From an archaeon (lineage in GTDB: Archaea; Iainarchaeota; Iainarchaeia; Iainarchaeales; DTGL01): a stretch of DNA of 64,000 bases. Below the pieces are notes generated by a model. It saw only the letters and a list, made by a program, of their open reading frames with translations, ran no database searches and had not been told where the DNA came from. A program made the position numbers and the translations under genes. The first letter of the stretch is position 1, and the number at the start of each line of letters is the position of its first letter. Shown here in pieces: positions 1-9,230 of this stretch. Location: the NCBI GenBank assembly GCA_029258755.1, contig JAPDKC010000010.1, positions 12,534 to 76,533 on the forward strand, in the 5' to 3' direction.

Positions 1-461
1 GATTGCGTAGAATAGATTGCGCAATTCTTATCATAAAGCGCTAACATAAATTCCTTTTCAGAATCTTTAATAAGAACACTACTAACTTCTGGGCTGCATA
101 TCTGATAGTTATTAAAATTTCTGGTTACGGTAAGTTTTGCTGGCCTTCTTAATAAAATCTTATCATCTGTAAATGGAGTTGAAATTATATAATAACCAGG
201 GGTCTCAGCAGTAAATGAAAAAATTCCTTGTGAATCGGTTACGCCAGAAACAACAAAATTCTCCGGACCAGATACCTTTATGCTTATATCCTCCCTTGGT
301 ACACCAGCACACGCAACCAGAACTTTTACTAAAAAGGAATACTCTTTAGTGGTGATATTTGCATGGAGCTCACAACCAGAATATTTATCATATGCAGGGA
401 CTTGTGTGAAGAAAAGCATGGCAAAAACAAATACTAAAGATAGCTTAATTGCTCTTTCCAT
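1..461 (-). CDS. Secreted/surface protein, partial (runs off window start); signal peptide plus probable Ig-like/prealbumin-like beta domain
   Basis: Read by hand, not in ORF track: ATG at 461, open to window edge, MERAIKLSLVFVFAMLFFTQVPAYDK...GVTDSQGIFSFTAETPGYYII; hydrophobic N-terminus and a TDxxGxxxF..PGxY pattern. Confidence 0.75.
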   Translation of the reverse strand, partial: MERAIKLSLVFVFAMLFFTQVPAYDKYSGCELHANITTKEYSFLVKVLVACAGVPREDISIKVSGPENFVVSGVTDSQGIFSFTAETPGYYIISTPFTDDKILLRRPAKLTVTRNFNNYQICSPEVSSVLIKDSEKEFMLALYDKNCAIYSTQ

Positions 462-708
462 TTAACTCAACCTCTTTCATATTTTTACGCTTTTTTATTT
501 TAAAAGCTTTTTGATTTCCCGGTCTGTTCTAAATTTTGCTAGCAATAAAATTGAAAAATAACAGCGGACCTCTTTTCTAAAAAGAAGACATTTTTCTCGT
601 GCAAAGAACAAAAATCATTCTTTTGGTTTGTTTTGCTGATTTTCCAAAAATTTAGCAGAACCGAAAGCAAAATTATGTTAATAAGTTTTATTATGATATT
701 ATTTTGCT

Positions 709-945
709 ATGGAACAAAAAAGTGCAAAAGAAGGAAAGTGGAAACTGGGCTTTTTGGGTTTTTTAGGATTCTTAGGATTTCAAGCATTTAGATCGCATGA
801 GCCCTGGCAACTCTTCCTATTTTGCCTATTTGGCCTTTTTGGATATTTTAGGTACTTTAACGAAAAGCTAAAATATTTGTGGTTGCTCGGCATAATAGGT
901 CTGATTGTAGCTATTCTTGGGGTTTTAGGCATAATCAAAGTATAA
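709..945 (+). CDS. Small membrane protein with GFL repeats (DUF3796-like, tentative)
   Basis: 78 aa, KLGFLGFLGFLGF repeat, three hydrophobic segments, ATG start after AT-rich promoter-like region. Confidence 0.65.
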   Translation: MEQKSAKEGKWKLGFLGFLGFLGFQAFRSHEPWQLFLFCLFGLFGYFRYFNEKLKYLWLLGIIGLIVAILGVLGIIKV

Positions 946-1027
946 ATCCTTTTCGAAAAATTCTGCAAATAAAACCGAGTATTGCAATTGCACATTTAAA
1001 TGTTTTTCTTTCTCCAAATTTTTTAAT

Positions 1028-1122
1028 GGGCCCGTAGCTCAGCTGGACAGAGCACCGGCCTCCTAAGGCTCGAACGAGCCGGAAGAAGCCGGGTGTCGCG
1101 GGTTCGAATCCCGTCGGGTCCG
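1028..1122 (+). tRNA. tRNA-Arg(CCT) with 21-nt intron at 37/38 (1066-1086)
   Basis: Acceptor GGGCCCG/CGGGTCC, D arm GCTC/GAGC, anticodon stem CCGGC/GCCGG, CCT at 1062-1064, T loop TTCGAAT; intron hairpin GGCTCG-AA-CGAGCC; no encoded CCA. Confidence 0.93.
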
Positions 1123-1139
1123 TACCTTAAGGTTCGGAT

Positions 1140-2258
1140 TTAAAAAAATATGTAAAGCAAAGAAGCAATACTTGCAAAGATGAAGCTTGCTGGCAAGTTG
1201 TATAGGTAAAGCATAAAAGCGAAGAATAACGCTCGCGCAGCTTGCACAATGATCTCTCTGAAAACGATAAATTCCACGATGCTTCTTGCGTTTGCCCTAT
1301 CATAGCATGCAGCATCCAAAGGAATCGAAACTGCTGACCTTGCAGCACCATAAAGGGAATCTATAAAAAATAGCTGCAATATATCTCTTACAAAAATCTT
1401 TGGAAGCCAGGTTATTGCACTTGCTACACTTCCCACTTTTAGAACAAGTTTGCGGTTTATATCGGAAAATCTCGCTATCAAAAGGGTTGCAATTAGGGAA
1501 AAAACCAAAGACAAAGAAACAATAAACCCAAGCACCGCGAAATTTTTCAGTACAAAAATGAATATGAACATGGGCCATATGACAAATGCCACAGCTCCTT
1601 CTATGCCAAGTCCTATAAAGGCAACATATTCGCCAGCTTTTTGGTCAGAAAATATCTGCCTTATAGAAAAATTAAGTGGTTCATGCACATCTTTGGAAAG
1701 GAAGAGAGGTACTACTGAGAGAACAAGCAGTAGCGAAACAAAAGCGAAAAGAAAAGAAAATCCGAAGAACACTAGCATTAAACCTCCTACAAGTGGGCCA
1801 GCAACATTAAATATGAAGCTTATTATGTTTGCTAATCCTATCTCTTCACCTCTATATTTTTTGTCGCTAAATTTTGCGAAATCAGAGTGATAGCCAACCC
1901 AAAACAAAGAACTGCTTATGCCAGAAAGCGTGGCTAAAAACATTGGGTGCAAGGAAAGAAACTCAAGAGAGTAAAGGAGCACGTAAAAAGGCACTATGAA
2001 CAGCGTACTAAAGAATATCGCATGCTTAAATCCAAATTTGGAAGAAATCCTTGCCGCTGGAATAGCGAAAAGGGCATGTGTCGCACTTAGGACTGTATAA
2101 AAAATAAACACATCTTGGAGCGTATAGTTAAGTTCCAGGAGATATATAGGGACAAATATATTTATCATTGCCAAAGCAAATGATCTTATGGCTACTGTAG
2201 CATAAAGCTCATCAAGTTCTCTGTTTTTTAGGAAGTGGAGTACACTAACCCTGTGCAT
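1140..2258 (-). CDS. MFS transporter
   Basis: 372 aa, about 12 hydrophobic helices, MFS-like loop motifs (ARISSKFGFK, ARFSDINRK, GPLVGG). Confidence 0.85.
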   Translation of the reverse strand: MHRVSVLHFLKNRELDELYATVAIRSFALAMINIFVPIYLLELNYTLQDVFIFYTVLSATHALFAIPAARISSKFGFKHAIFFSTLFIVPFYVLLYSLEFLSLHPMFLATLSGISSSLFWVGYHSDFAKFSDKKYRGEEIGLANIISFIFNVAGPLVGGLMLVFFGFSFLFAFVSLLLVLSVVPLFLSKDVHEPLNFSIRQIFSDQKAGEYVAFIGLGIEGAVAFVIWPMFIFIFVLKNFAVLGFIVSLSLVFSLIATLLIARFSDINRKLVLKVGSVASAITWLPKIFVRDILQLFFIDSLYGAARSAVSIPLDAACYDRANARSIVEFIVFREIIVQAARALFFAFMLYLYNLPASFIFASIASLLYIFF

Positions 2259-2350
2259 AATTTAATAGTTTATTTAGAAGATTTTGTTTAATAAAATTTT
2301 ACTTCTAGGTTAAAAGAAAAATTTAAATCTATGCAAGCTTTTATTTTTAA

Positions 2351-3196
2351 ATGGCTAAAAAAAGTGTCCGCAAAAGAACAGTGAGATACAGGCCAGGTCA
2401 AAAATCAAAGGCACTAAGCACAATATCCGCAACGTATCATCTATTAGAAAGATATCCAGAGGTGTATGAGCAGCTTCACCAACGGCTTCTAAGAACCATA
2501 GTAAGGCTATCGGAAAAAAGAGCTAAAAAAGGCCTTACCCCTAAAGAGAGGCAGGAACTTGCCAACGCCATAATGAGCATGCGAAACCTTCCGAAAAAAG
2601 GATTAAGAACAATCGCTGGAAGAGCCAAGCATATAAGCCGCAGGGCAATGTATGATACAAGATTTGGAGCATTTCTTACAGATGCATATTTTAAGGAACG
2701 GTTACGCATAGAGGGAAAAAAGCATAGGAAGAGTGCAATAGCATTTATCGATATCGATCGCCTGAAACAGATAAATGATTCTTATGGTCACAGGGCAGGG
2801 GACATAGTAATAAAAAACATAGGAGAAGCTCTAAAAGAAGCTGTTGGTGAACTAGGTTTAGTAGGCAGACATGGCGGGGAAGAAGTACTCGTATGGGCTC
2901 CAACAAGCCCTGAAAAGCTCGCAGAAGTTCTTAGAAATGCAATAAGGATAATGCAGGACCGAATCCAATCTGATATGCGAAAAGCTGGAATAAAATTTAC
3001 ACAAAAAGCAACGTTTAGCGCTGGAATTGTACCCGTGTCAGGTGAAGAAATAAGAAAGAATTTTAAGGAAGCTTACGCTAAAGCCCTAAACGCTGCTGAT
3101 GAGCTGCTATATCGATCAAAAAAAGCCGGAAGGAACGCATTTACTTTCGTAAAAAGAGGAAAGCCCATTACAAAGCGTTTACTTAAGGGGGAATAA
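2351..3196 (+). CDS. GGDEF-domain protein (putative diguanylate cyclase) with K/R-rich N-terminal helical region
   Basis: FIDIDRLKQINDSYGHRAGD, RHGGEEV, TFSAG and AADELLYRSKKAGRN reproduce the GGDEF consensus in order. Confidence 0.93.
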   Translation: MAKKSVRKRTVRYRPGQKSKALSTISATYHLLERYPEVYEQLHQRLLRTIVRLSEKRAKKGLTPKERQELANAIMSMRNLPKKGLRTIAGRAKHISRRAMYDTRFGAFLTDAYFKERLRIEGKKHRKSAIAFIDIDRLKQINDSYGHRAGDIVIKNIGEALKEAVGELGLVGRHGGEEVLVWAPTSPEKLAEVLRNAIRIMQDRIQSDMRKAGIKFTQKATFSAGIVPVSGEEIRKNFKEAYAKALNAADELLYRSKKAGRNAFTFVKRGKPITKRLLKGE

Positions 3197-3268
3197 TTCG
3201 TCAAATAAACTTTTAAAAAATGACGATTGACGAAACAATTTTAAAGCTTGTCTGGCTCTAATTCTTAC

Positions 3269-3979
3269 ATGGAAAAGCTTGCAGTAACAATAGCCGGAGA
3301 GATAACTCTGAGCAAGGACCCTGGCGGAAGTATGAAAAAATGGCGTGAAATATTTGGTATAAGCCAAATCGAGCTAGCTGAGCATCTAAGGGTAAGCCCT
3401 TCAACCATAAGCGATTACGAAGGCGGAAGGCGCAAAAGCCCAGGTATTGGCGTAATAAGCCGATTTGTAAATGCGCTTATCGAAATAGATATGAAGCGTG
3501 GTGGAAAGATAGTAAAACAATTGATGAAGGATTTTGAGCCAAGTGAGGAAGCATTTGATGTGCATGAATTTTATGGTGCTGTAAAAGCCACCGAGTTTGC
3601 TAAGCGCATAAATGCTGTTTGTGTTGCAAACCATGCCAAACTCAAAGAAACGCTGATATACGGCTATACTATAATAGATTCTTTTAAGGTCATAGTTGAG
3701 GTTCCTGTACATGAATATATGCATCTTTATGGAAGAACTCCTGAAAGAGCTTTAATCTTCCAAAAGGTTGTGAGCGGTCGCTCCCCCATGATCGCTGTAA
3801 AGATTGGGCGTTTCAGTACTGATATGAAACCAGCTGTAGTGGTACTTCATGGCCCAAAAGATCCGAAAAAGGTTGATGAAATAGCTATAAAGATAGCGGA
3901 AAGCGAGCACATCCCTCTGCTTGTATGCAATACACCAGTCTACGAAATAAAACAAGCTCTAAAAGAATTCGAGGTTTAG
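3269..3979 (+). CDS. XRE-HTH transcriptional regulator with DRTGG-like C-terminus (archaeal COG1709 type)
   Basis: IAGEITLSKDPG..KKWREIFGISQIELAEHL..SPSTISDYEGGRRKSPG, RALIF..V.SGRSPMIA; ATG at 3269 chosen as start. Confidence 0.88.
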   Translation: MEKLAVTIAGEITLSKDPGGSMKKWREIFGISQIELAEHLRVSPSTISDYEGGRRKSPGIGVISRFVNALIEIDMKRGGKIVKQLMKDFEPSEEAFDVHEFYGAVKATEFAKRINAVCVANHAKLKETLIYGYTIIDSFKVIVEVPVHEYMHLYGRTPERALIFQKVVSGRSPMIAVKIGRFSTDMKPAVVVLHGPKDPKKVDEIAIKIAESEHIPLLVCNTPVYEIKQALKEFEV

Positions 3980-3986
3980 CTTAACA

Positions 3987-4676
3987 TTATATTCTTACGC
4001 TGTAAGTATATTTAACTTTGGGTTTTCCATCTTTAGTCAAACCAGCCAAAGTAGAGGATTTCTTTACATTGGCTTTATATTTTCTCTTCAGCTCCGCAAC
4101 AGCACTTTTTGCAGCTTTCTTTGATCCTATTAATAAATCGTAACCATTCTTTCTCTTTATCATTTTAACTATTTCAGCCAGAGTATCGTTTTTAAGCTGC
4201 GAGGCAAGAACATCCTTTATCAAATAAATGGCTCTCTTTATTTTTGCTTTATCTTCCGCTCTGAGCTGAATTGTTACCTCATAATAGGAAGAGCTTATTT
4301 TAAGGCAAGATTCGCAATACTGAAGCTTGTATTGGATAAACGTTTCGTAACTTGTGCTAAGAGGCACGCCTTCCACCTTGCATGAAACATTTAAATAAAT
4401 CTTTAACCCTTTGCCAGTATGCTCAGCTTCTATTGCCAGCGAAGGTCTTTCAACATCGCTCCACTTTACTTTACTAAGGATGAACTTAAGCAAGCTATCA
4501 GCATTTTCCTCCAACCACCGGCCGCGAACAAGGATCTTTCCACATCTTTTACATTTTGGAAGAATGAGCTTTCTGTCAATCCTAAGCAACCTATTATCTT
4601 CTAAGAAACACCTTGTGCAAAACCCCCTGACAAAAGGCCCTTTTTCTGTCCCGCATTTAGGACAAAAGCTTACCAA
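3987..4676 (-). CDS. nmd3: NMD3 family ribosome biogenesis protein (short form)
   Basis: Four CxxC pairs (CPKC, CTRC, CKRC, CESC) and YYEVTIQLR motif. Confidence 0.85.
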   Translation of the reverse strand: MVSFCPKCGTEKGPFVRGFCTRCFLEDNRLLRIDRKLILPKCKRCGKILVRGRWLEENADSLLKFILSKVKWSDVERPSLAIEAEHTGKGLKIYLNVSCKVEGVPLSTSYETFIQYKLQYCESCLKISSSYYEVTIQLRAEDKAKIKRAIYLIKDVLASQLKNDTLAEIVKMIKRKNGYDLLIGSKKAAKSAVAELKRKYKANVKKSSTLAGLTKDGKPKVKYTYSVRI

Positions 4677-5462
4677 CTACATCACCTTAAGATAAATAGA
4701 GGAACTCAAAACCATGTGGTAGGTATACAACACGGCAATGAGAATTCTGTAGAGGAGAAACAGGAGTATAAATAAAGGTTCGAGCACTGTTAGGATACTA
4801 AACATTAAACTAAGAATCGAGGCCGCAAAGGGAATGATGGCTGCTTTAGAGACCATGGCAAAATTTCTTTTAACAAGCTTAATTTCTTTACCCACACTTT
4901 CAACGACTCTTTTTTTCTCCAACATAAGAGCTGCATAAAGGAAATAAAAAAGCACTATGAGAACAAAGTAGAACAAGAAGATCAGAAATGTTATAAAAAT
5001 TGTATATGCTGGCGGAAGGGTTTTTAAGGAGTAAACGCTTAAGAAAGCCAAAGGAATTGAGAAAAAAAGCACCAAAAGCAAGCTTATGGGAACAACCTTT
5101 GATGAATTTTTGAAAGCTTCTGATAGCGCTCTTGCTAAGGAGAGTTTTCTTCCAGCGTAGAAATCTTTCACAAGCACAGGATACATCGCATTAGCTAAGA
5201 TATCTATTATAAGTGCAAATAGAGAAAGAACTAAAAGAAGTAGCGCGTACATAGCAACCGCTTGCACAGTATGTTCTTCTGCAACGCTAAGCGTTTTTCC
5301 TTGCAGAACATCTAAAAGCAGCTCATAGTTACCTATCACCAAAAAACATAGTGCTAAGATTATCGCTGCATAGATTAATGATGTGGCTATTTTTGGAACG
5401 AATAGTTTTGGCTCTCTTAAAAGAAGTTCTAATGATTCCTTAAGAAATCTTTTAAGCTTCAT
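4677..5462 (-). CDS. Uncharacterised polytopic membrane protein
   Basis: 261 aa, about 6 TM segments, overlaps the stop of the upstream gene (ATGA). Confidence 0.75.
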   Translation of the reverse strand: MKLKRFLKESLELLLREPKLFVPKIATSLIYAAIILALCFLVIGNYELLLDVLQGKTLSVAEEHTVQAVAMYALLLLVLSLFALIIDILANAMYPVLVKDFYAGRKLSLARALSEAFKNSSKVVPISLLLVLFFSIPLAFLSVYSLKTLPPAYTIFITFLIFLFYFVLIVLFYFLYAALMLEKKRVVESVGKEIKLVKRNFAMVSKAAIIPFAASILSLMFSILTVLEPLFILLFLLYRILIAVLYTYHMVLSSSIYLKVM

Positions 5463-6736
5463 TTTCCATCTACTTTAACCGTTCTACCATATTCCAAAGG
5501 CATTGCTTTTATGCCCAAGGTTTCCTCTATTTTTTTCCTAAAAGCTTCTATCTTTTCTGGTTCTCCATGAACCAAGAATATTTCCTCTGGGGACCATCTT
5601 TTTAATGCCTTCAGCATTTCGCTTTGACCTGGATGGGCTGAAAAATCAAATTTTCTAACAGTGCTTTTTGGCCTATAATCTTTACCATCTATATTTATAA
5701 CGCCTTCATCTAGCAAGCGTCTGCCTTGCGTGCCCTCAACTTGGTAGCCGGTTAAGAATATCGCGGACTTTTCATCGTTATAAATGCGCTTTATGTAGTA
5801 AAGAACAGGGCCACCTTCGCACATGCCCGCAGTTGTTACTATTATGCTTGGTTCCTGCAAAGCTTTTTTTCTTTCCCGCTCATTTTTGATCCATTGTGCT
5901 TTTCTAAGTGCTTTCTTGAGGGTTTTTACGTTCTTCAAGTACTTAGGATATTTTAAGGTTATATTGGCTGCTTTTTGAGCCATGCCATCTAAGTAGATTG
6001 GATAAGGCACTTTATACTCAACCAAAACATCTATGATTTCATGTGAGCGCCCTACAGCAAACGCTGGCACTACCGCATTACCGCCGTTTTCAACAACCTC
6101 CAAGCAAGCATCGACAAATTCTTTCTCTACTTGATGCCTATCAGGATGGTCTGAGTCGCCATAGGTGCTCTCTATAATCACATAATCTACACTTCCAAGC
6201 TTTATATCTGCTTTATGAAGCAATCTTGTTTCAACTACCTTGAAATCACCTGTGTAAACAAGCGTAGTATCATCAAAAACAAGCTTAGTTATAGCAGAAC
6301 CTACGATATGCCCAGCATCAAAGAATTCTAAGGAAACCTTTTCAGTTATGTCTATTTTTGTTCTGTATCCTAAAGGAAATGTAAATCTTCTTGTGCGCCT
6401 TATCTCTGTTTTCGAAAACTTTGCATCGAAGCCCTCTATGCCAGCTATCTTAAGAGAATCGTGCCAAAGCATCTCTGCCAAATCAAGCGTTGGCGGAGTC
6501 ATATAGCAGACCGGTCTGCTCTTAACGAAAAGGTGTGGCAGCTCACCAGAGTGATCCAAGTGAGCATGCGATATTATAACAGCATCTAAATTGGTTTTTA
6601 TCTTTGCTGGGTATTCTATTTTTTGAGGGGTAAGCTTCACACCTCTATCCAGGAGTATTTTTTCCCCCACATCTAAAAGGAAGCTGCTTCTGCCAACTTC
6701 CTTACAACCACCTAACCCGGTTATCTTAAAACTCAT
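5459..6736 (-). CDS. Beta-CASP metallo-beta-lactamase ribonuclease (aCPSF-like, no KH domains)
   Basis: LGGCKEVGRS, SHAHLDH, AGHIVGS, YTGD, ESTYG, PAFAVGR, FSAH, VHGE. Confidence 0.92.
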   Translation of the reverse strand: MSFKITGLGGCKEVGRSSFLLDVGEKILLDRGVKLTPQKIEYPAKIKTNLDAVIISHAHLDHSGELPHLFVKSRPVCYMTPPTLDLAEMLWHDSLKIAGIEGFDAKFSKTEIRRTRRFTFPLGYRTKIDITEKVSLEFFDAGHIVGSAITKLVFDDTTLVYTGDFKVVETRLLHKADIKLGSVDYVIIESTYGDSDHPDRHQVEKEFVDACLEVVENGGNAVVPAFAVGRSHEIIDVLVEYKVPYPIYLDGMAQKAANITLKYPKYLKNVKTLKKALRKAQWIKNERERKKALQEPSIIVTTAGMCEGGPVLYYIKRIYNDEKSAIFLTGYQVEGTQGRRLLDEGVINIDGKDYRPKSTVRKFDFSAHPGQSEMLKALKRWSPEEIFLVHGEPEKIEAFRKKIEETLGIKAMPLEYGRTVKVDGK

Positions 6737-6869
6737 AAAAGCGCCTCTAAAAAAGCAGTATATTAAGAAATAAAGCAGAAGTAAGCTTTAAAAACAGTCC
6801 GCTTGCTTATAATTGGCTTTATGGCTAAAAAAGATAGCTAATAAAAATAAGTTTTTTATATTAAAAATT

Positions 6870-8372
6870 ATGCATGCGAAGATATTTTCCGTGCTGTTTT
6901 GCGCCATTGCTCTAAGCATAGCCGCCAATGCTCAAATAACACATATAGATTGCAACTTAGAAATAAGCGAAAATATTGTTGATATGGTGCTGTATCTCAA
7001 AGCAAACAAGCCAGTAAATTATTTTGTGCTCTCGATGCCATTTTATGAGAATGCTTCGCTCCTTAGTTTGGAAGATTCCCTCGGAAAAATAACCAAATAT
7101 GAGCTCAAAAATGGGTCTCTTAAAATAACCACGAATAGTTCTGCAAAAAGAAGGGAGGAGATCGTTAAAATGAAATTAGAGTTAAAGGAGTTAGCCGTTG
7201 AGCGCTTCCCAGGAATTTTTTATGCTAAGTTTTCTGTGCCAGCAGAACCAAACACCAATGTAAATTTTTATGCGTATGGGAAAAAGATTGTCGGCTTTGA
7301 TTTAAGTGCTGGTTTTAGAGGAAGCCTGACCAATTATAGGTTGCATGCTTCCGGCAAAGGGCCATTAGCGATCTGTTTCTTCTATTCTGACAAAGGGAAG
7401 CGAATAGGCAAATTCTTAGTATTCGCTGAAAATTTATCAGAGAAGCAGATTTCAGCATTCGAAAAAGCTAATGAGCTTTATCCTATTGTGCCAGCTGTTT
7501 TAGGCATAGCTATAGATGTAAACATTTTTCCAGTATTAGTGCTTTCGGATGATAAATATGAGGAAAGCATCAATGATTATAGCGAGGGGTCCTATCTTAA
7601 GGGAGGCCTTATAGTCATAAAAGAAAGTTCCTTTGAGGAGCAAGCAGTGCCTACCATAATCCATGAGCTCACACATGCTTTTAATGCAAAGATATTGGCA
7701 TGGAACCAAAGCAAGGCAAGCTGGCTTGATGAAGGCTTAGCAAGGTTTGTTGAATATCTTACAAAAAAACAGCTGGGTATAAAGACGAACAACCTTTTCT
7801 ACGGAACAAAAAAATATGCCTCTGGAAACTACATATATGTGCTAAAGCCAGTAAGTGATTGGAAAGAGCTTATTAGATATTACAATGAAGGCCTTAACTT
7901 TATGGCTGAATGGAGCGCGGAAGAGGCTGAAACAAGAGAATTTGGCTATGCGTTCAGCGAGCTTTTTATAAGAGAATATGTAAGCAAAAATGGCCTCGAA
8001 AAATTACACAAATCTTTGCAAAAACTTCTTGAAGTAGAAAAAAATGTGCAAGAGGGAAAAGAATTTACCAAAATAGTGTTGGACTCTTTCGGCACAAAGT
8101 TGGAGCCATGCAAAAGAGAAAGCGAAAAGGAGATGTTAGCATGTATAAAGGAACTTAACAACTTTACACCTAAAATAGCTAAAACGGAAGCTCTGCAAAT
8201 AGGAATTGTTGAGAAAGAAAGTACTATAAAGCTAAATGTAATGGAAATAAGGAGAAGGGTTTTAGAAGAAAAAATACAGGAGTTAAAAAATGCTTTTAAT
8301 CATTTTATTTTACTCATAAAAAAAGATGTGAAAAAAATTCTGGTGCCTAAGGATGAGATGTTCGCTCAATGA
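6870..8372 (+). CDS. Secreted zinc metallopeptidase (gluzincin, clan MA / M1-like)
   Basis: Signal peptide (KIFSVLFCAIALSIAANA), IIHELTH and downstream WLDEGLA third ligand; ATG 6870 chosen. Confidence 0.85.
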   Translation: MHAKIFSVLFCAIALSIAANAQITHIDCNLEISENIVDMVLYLKANKPVNYFVLSMPFYENASLLSLEDSLGKITKYELKNGSLKITTNSSAKRREEIVKMKLELKELAVERFPGIFYAKFSVPAEPNTNVNFYAYGKKIVGFDLSAGFRGSLTNYRLHASGKGPLAICFFYSDKGKRIGKFLVFAENLSEKQISAFEKANELYPIVPAVLGIAIDVNIFPVLVLSDDKYEESINDYSEGSYLKGGLIVIKESSFEEQAVPTIIHELTHAFNAKILAWNQSKASWLDEGLARFVEYLTKKQLGIKTNNLFYGTKKYASGNYIYVLKPVSDWKELIRYYNEGLNFMAEWSAEEAETREFGYAFSELFIREYVSKNGLEKLHKSLQKLLEVEKNVQEGKEFTKIVLDSFGTKLEPCKRESEKEMLACIKELNNFTPKIAKTEALQIGIVEKESTIKLNVMEIRRRVLEEKIQELKNAFNHFILLIKKDVKKILVPKDEMFAQ

Positions 8373-8772
8373 AAAAACAAACGTTAGAAGCTTGCCTACT
8401 CACACAGAAGAGTTACATCTGGTAAGACCTATCTCCTATAAAAAAGCTTTAGCAATTCTTAAACGCTGCAAACAACTTAAAACAATAACAATGAGCATAT
8501 CTACCTACAGAAGAATTCCTAGAAAAGTGCTCTCCTTACTGAAGGAGCGCAATATTAAAGTAGCCATATGTGAAGAAAGAGGCAGGCCTATAGGCATACC
8601 TTTGGAAAAGCTTAAAATTGCGATAGAAATGCGTCGCGACTTTAGGCCTTTGCGCGAAATAGAGCACATCACTGGAATTCCAAAAAGCACCATACATTAT
8701 TTGGTAAAGTACTCTGCAAAGAGAAAGGTGAAAAAGGGAAATGTCATAATACATCTTAAATCCGCCGGGTGA
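8353..8772 (+). CDS. DUF1699-like protein with C-terminal HTH
   Basis: N-terminal EELHLVRP..KRCKQLKTI resembles DUF1699 (from memory); GRP..LREIEHITGIPKSTIHY is an HTH. Confidence 0.6.
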   Translation: MRCSLNEKTNVRSLPTHTEELHLVRPISYKKALAILKRCKQLKTITMSISTYRRIPRKVLSLLKERNIKVAICEERGRPIGIPLEKLKIAIEMRRDFRPLREIEHITGIPKSTIHYLVKYSAKRKVKKGNVIIHLKSAG

Positions 8773-8776
8773 AAAA

Positions 8777-9100
8777 ATGCCGGGTAATTTATACCGAAAA
8801 AAGCTAACAGAGCTCTTAAGGAAAAAAGATCTAGAAAAAGCAAGGTGGTTAGAGAATATAAACAAATACGTACTACCCAGCCATGTAAAAAGAATCCTTA
8901 GAAAAGACAAAAGCGTACTGCAGGAGCTTGTGCTGCCTAAATGGGTTACTTGGGAACTTCTTTATGACTGGGCGTGCACACAGAAAAAGGAGGAAGGAAA
9001 GTTATGTGTGCTTTGCGATGAATGGCACGAAGTTGGCATAGAGTTTAATGGCAAGTTTATTTGCGAATACTGTTTTTTAAGGATTAAAAATCTGAAATAG
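8777..9100 (+). CDS. Hypothetical protein with C-terminal treble-clef-like zinc finger
   Basis: CVLC..GIEFNGKFICEYC, similar to AbrB_C/Gin-type fingers; GGTG SD upstream. Confidence 0.7.
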   Translation: MPGNLYRKKLTELLRKKDLEKARWLENINKYVLPSHVKRILRKDKSVLQELVLPKWVTWELLYDWACTQKKEEGKLCVLCDEWHEVGIEFNGKFICEYCFLRIKNLK

Positions 9101-9230
9101 GTTCCTCATTTCTTACTTTTTCAGTGGTAAAGCCACAGGCAGGACACTGCCATTTTTCTACAATCTTATCCTTAAAAACATATGAGATTTCCACTCGAAT
9201 CATTCTTTCATTGCATTTTGGACATCGCAT
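9084..9230 (-). CDS. 48-aa CPxCG-type zinc-ribbon microprotein (below ORF-track cutoff)
   Basis: Hand translation MRCPKCNERMIRVEISYVFKDKIVEKWQCPACGFTTEKVRNEEPISDF*. Confidence 0.85.
   Translation of the reverse strand: MRCPKCNERMIRVEISYVFKDKIVEKWQCPACGFTTEKVRNEEPISDF

Noticed and set aside
280-465. Plus-strand 61-aa ORF from the track
   Set aside because: Antisense shadow of the longer signal-peptide-bearing minus-strand ORF starting at 461
520-663. Imperfect inverted repeat (CGGTCTGTTCTAAATTTT ... AAAATTTAGCAGAACCG) suggesting a MITE
   Set aside because: Only 9 contiguous AT-rich matches, needs gaps, no target-site duplication and no second copy in the window
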